A DNA stretch of 64,000 nucleotides from Podarcis erhardii (Eukaryota). The first letter of the stretch is position 1. The number at the start of each line of letters is the position of its first letter. The stretch lies in the NCBI GenBank assembly GCA_964252035.1, contig OZ176208.1. One strand, 5' to 3'. Both the position numbers and the translations under genes were made by a program. This document shows, in pieces, positions 59,586-64,000 of the stretch. Under the pieces are notes generated by a model. It saw only the letters and a list, made by a program, of their open reading frames with translations. It did no database searches and was not told the origin of the DNA.

Positions 59586-62017
59586 TTTGTGATCAGATCA
59601 GTAAAGGACAGACAGGGTGGTGCAGCCAAGCAGAGCCCATGGACCAAGCATATCAGCTGGCTGGCACTGCCATGTTAATGATACCAGGCAGGACTTGCAC
59701 ACCATGTGAACCTAGAGTTCCCATCAGCACCAGCACTACCCAAGAAGGCCTCATCAGCTGTAGTAATGCCACTTATACCCCAATGGCAACAGCAGTGGGC
59801 CCTGAAATTTGTCCCACCATTTGCCTGTGTGTGTGTTTCAATGTTCCCTGAGCAGTGGAGTCTCTATTGTTCAGAAGGTTCTGATGCTTACTTTTAAAGT
59901 CTTGAATGGGTTGGAATAAAGTCACTAGATAATATATTGCCTCCACATCAACATACCTGTATATTCAGACTGCCTCCTCTAGGTGACCCCACCATTTGAG
60001 GAGAGGCAGGTAGGAAGAACAGCCAGGGCCTTCTTAGCGGTAGAATACTCTTTCCAGAAAATATCACCTAGTACCTACTTAGTTTTCACAGCCATAATAA
60101 ACCTTACTATTGTCCCAGGCCTTTTAATAACTTCTTAATCTGGATGGAATTAGATTTATTCAGCTTTATCTGCTGTTTTGACTGTTGCTGTTCTTTTGTA
60201 AAATTACAACCCATCCTTTCTATTGAATGTAATTTGCTTGTGTGTGTGTGTGTGTGTAAAGTTGCTCTGTTAACCTTAATAAATTTATTAGACAAACCCC
60301 TCAAAGATATGTTCTCTGTTTGAACGTATAGCTTACAATCATCAATCTAGTTTGAATACTGCTTATTACATATGGATTTCCTATATTAATTTACATGCTT
60401 AAGTCAAGATCATATGAGTGTTTTTATTGTTAATGTTAACTGACAATGTTTCTTTTTATGTTTTAGTTACAGAAATAAAATTAATTTAACCCCTCAACAC
60501 ATATTTCTTAGAAAAGAGTATTGACTTTGCAATGCTTGCAACTGCAATACTCAAATATGTGAAATTGACTCAAGTTGCAATTAGAGCACTCAGCCGGTAA
60601 GAAACAGCAGGACCTCTGCTTAATTTCTCCCAGAGAGTCTACAACCTGAAACATTTTTATTCAGAGAATCACTCATAAAACAGTCACACAATATTGGCTG
60701 TTTAAGCAGGTGAAATACTTTTAACTTAGTAAGACTTACTTTGGAATAGACGTGACTAGAATTCAGCCAACACATCTGATCATGCTAACTTTGTATCTCT
60801 ATTATTATTGGTTAAAAAGCAAGCCATAAATATATTACATTAACAAATGCTTAAAAACCCAACCAACCACTTGAAAATGGAATAATTTTGTAGATTCTTG
60901 CTTGGTAGAATTACCTTGCAGAAGGCTATCATTTTACTATCAAAACACCAAGGCATATTTGAGAAGAAATGGTTCATAACATTTTCTTTGCCATGGCCTC
61001 ATCATCTTCTCCAGAACGTCTATGATGATATAAGGTCTAAGACAGGAGTAGTCAGTGTGCTGTCCTCCAGATGTTGTGGGACAACATTTCAAACCAGCCA
61101 CACATGACATTTAAAACCTTTGTTGTCTCTGTTTGTAGTGTGAATGTGAAACTTATTCTGTTCTGGTAAATTTCACTGCAAAAGGGTCATGTCTGTTTTC
61201 TATCTGAAGCTGACTTTTATTTGCAGATGCAGATGTGTGATATGAGAAAGGTTTGAAGATACGTTCAGGGTCAAGTGAAGGTACCAAAATATATTCAAGG
61301 CTGGCTCAAGATAGTTTGCTACCTGAGTTGGAATAGCAAATGGTACTTCCCCTCCAAAACAAAACAAAAAACAAAACAAAACAAATTTGGGTGCATAGGA
61401 CCCAAGATTGATCAAATTATTTTGCCACCTAAGTCAGAAAATCCCACAAGCACCTCTTGCCCTCCCTGACAGTAAAAGTACAACATAATTAAATATCTAA
61501 CAATTTGCTGCCCTTCCATGAAACCCAAAACCAGCTGTTTGGGGCAGCGACCTCCCTGTGCCTAATGGCAGAGCCACATATACCAACCCTCAACTGCTAA
61601 AACTCATCTGACTCCAGTCATTACAAAATAGGCTCTTAATTGAGAGCAAGGTGAGATCTTTACAGAGGCAATGTAGAGGTATAGCTCAGCAACAGGTAGT
61701 GGGGTCACAGCAGCCTTTACGCTCAGGCTAGATGACAGGAAAGTCAAGACTATCTGGGCTAGAACCAGCAGTTCAAGTTTATGGAGACTGGGGCAAGGAG
61801 TTCAGAACTGTGCTGAAGCAACAGAGTTGTCCTAACAGGTTGGCCCACCTGCCCACCAAGCTTTTAAAGACAGTCAAGGCAAGCTTACTTGCAAGACTCT
61901 TGTGCCTTGCAAGATTGCTGAGCATGTAGGTGCTCACTACATCAGGGAGGATGAATCTGTCCCCAGCAATGGGAGTGTTGCTGGGTCCTGGGTGACCAGG
62001 CTATGCCTCCTTGTCCT

Positions 62018-62281
62018 TGTTAAGTTGTGGGTGAATATATCAGACAACACAGCGATTCTTCAAACAGCTCTTGTTTATTCACAGGCCAGAACAGAACTGA
62101 ACTGAAGGGTTCAACCAGCCTGCTTATATAGAGCTCCACTACAATGCAACTGTAACCATTTTCTGTAACTATCCAATCACTGAACGTCACTTTCAATCCC
62201 CTATTTGCATATGTGGACCTGAGTGAAAACTATCTACAGTATCCCCCTGCTGGCCCAGGGTGAGAACTTCAGTACATAACA
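62018..62281 (-). mobile_element. Solo LTR (264 bp)
   Basis: TGTTA...TAACA termini and a 5-bp flanking duplication gtcct/gttct. On the minus strand, octamer ATGCAAAT, ATTGG, TATATAAG and AATAAA occur in U3-R-U5 order. Confidence 0.75.
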
Positions 62282-62971
62282 GTTCTGATTCTGCTTCCTC
62301 CAATCCCTAGCGGTTGAATGATCCCCTATCCTGGATTCTATTGCTTCCCTCTCTGGGAAGGAAGAGGGGAAATTGGGTCCTGCTTTCCCATCCAGAGCAG
62401 CCGTATCCTGGGAGGAGTACCTGCCTCCTCCAGCCTTTATTTCACTGCCTCAGCTCACCACCATGTCATCCCCTTGTTCCCCCACCTCATGTGTCTCAGC
62501 CTGCCACTCCACTTGGCAACGTCTCAGGGCTCACAACAAAAAAACAAACTTAAGGGATTTGCTATGGTTGAGAAGGATTAGAAGAAGTTTGCCAGTACCT
62601 TTCCCCACAGATCTGTATCACAGATGTTTCCTGTAGACACCAAAATTGAGTACTCTCTTACAAAAGAGCAAACTTAAATATTGCTCAAGAGCAGTTTCAT
62701 TAAAAACCAGAAATAGCTTCACCAAAAGCTGTTTATGTTAAAATAATGGAGACAGCATGAAAGAGAGGAGGAAATTGACTGCTCGGGGTCCTAGTACAAT
62801 TACTGAATGCTGCTGATTTCATAGTATGCAATAATTTTTAACACAAATTTTGATGGAGGTTTTATTTAAATCATGTTTTATTGGAGGCATCTTGCAATTG
62901 TCATGTTTTAAACAGCATTTTGTTAACTAGCCTGGTATCCTGCTTGGACAAATGGTGGTTTAAAAAGTGAA

Positions 62972-63002
62972 ATAAATAAATAAATAAATAAATAAATAAA
63001 TA
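62972..63002 (+). repeat. (AAAT)n microsatellite, probable LINE tail
   Basis: Direct reading. Confidence 0.85.
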
Positions 63003-63356
63003 GGTCTGTACAATTTCCCCAGAGTTATATGATTCCAATCTCTTTTGTTGCCCAGTGGGCCTGGGACACTGTCCAAGAGCAAATATGATGGTATGTCTCT
63101 GTCTTCCTTTAAATCCCTCCTCACACCATATCTTTTCAGTGAAACCCTATTTTTACAGTGGCCAAGGCATGTAAGCTTGGAGCTAAGCATTCTTCCCTCA
63201 TGGCCTGTGATTTTCTGACTTCTTTTCCTCTGTATTATTTGTTGCTCCTGTGTCTCCTTCCGTTCTCTCTCAACTTCTCCCACTGTCCAGGTTGTCAGCT
63301 CCATGGGGCAGGGAGCTGTCTCTTTTGTTTATAGCTTTTTACAGGCGTATATGTAA

Positions 63357-63718
63357 ATGCGGGTGGCGCAGTGGTCTAAATCACAGACCCTAGAGCTTGC
63401 CGATTGGAAGGTCGGTAGTTCGAATCCCAACGACGGGGTGAGCTCCCGTTGTTTGGTCCCGGCTCCTGCCCACCTAGCAGTTTGAAAGCATGTCAAAGTG
63501 TAAGTAGATAAATAGGTACCACTCCAGCGGGAAGGTAAACAGCGTTTCCGTGTGCTGCTCTGGTTTCGCCAGAAGTAGCTTAGTCATGCTGGCCACATGA
63601 CCCGAAAGCTGTCCGCAAACGCCGGCTCCCTCGGCCTATAGAGTGAGATGAGCACCGCAACCCCAGAGTCATCTGCAACTGGAACTAATGGTCAGGGGTA
63701 CCTTTACCTTTACCTTTA
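63357..63718 (+). mobile_element. Sauria SINE
   Basis: Head gcgggtggcgcagtggtctaaa...ggtcggtagttcgaatccc and tail cctttacctttaccttta. Confidence 0.9.
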
Positions 63719-64000
63719 TGGTTTTGTAGGCCAAGGGCAAAGCGTCTGCCCACATCCAGCATGTTAACTGAATATGATTTGAAATGGTTGGACAGTGTTT
63801 ATGGAAGATACCATGTTAAAATAGGGTTGCCATATGTCTGGAATTTCCTGGACATAGCTGGGATTTGGTTGTCAGAAGCAGTGCCTGGGTGGAAATCGCT
63901 GAAATGTCGGAGAAATATGTACAGAATATAAAATCCAGAACAAAAAAGACCAATCTAAAATAACATGGTGAACAGATTAAAGGGGGGAAAGTGCTTTTTA

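Overview
Vertebrate genomic DNA, most likely a lacertid-type lizard. This is inferred from Sauria SINEs, the squamate L2/RTE-BovB/MITE content and the presence of SLC25A31/ANT4. Three protein-coding genes lie in tandem on the minus strand in the conserved order INTU -> SLC25A31 -> HSPA4L. INTU is complete (16 coding exons, 53607..24379, 941 aa), SLC25A31/ANT4 is complete (6 exons, 22387..11893, 314 aa), and only exon 1 and the CpG-island promoter of HSPA4L are in the window. All exon boundaries were read by hand as GT-AG with consistent phases. The remainder is dense in SINEs, L2/RTE LINE pieces, Tc1/pogo and hAT MITEs and a solo LTR. The most notable signal is two young palindromic Penelope-like insertions with target-site duplications, each carrying a sequence-intact minimal type I hammerhead ribozyme motif. 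One sits just downstream of SLC25A31, supplies the first AATAAA after its stop codon, and has the intact motif on the gene's sense strand. The other sits in INTU intron 13 with the intact motif antisense. Other leads are a possible 1-bp frameshift or uORF at the INTU start, an unannotated bidirectional promoter-like segment near 57.1-57.7 kb with candidate exon chains, a 50-bp-arm palindrome upstream of INTU, and a templated insertion in the SLC25A31 promoter. No searches or folding computations were run.
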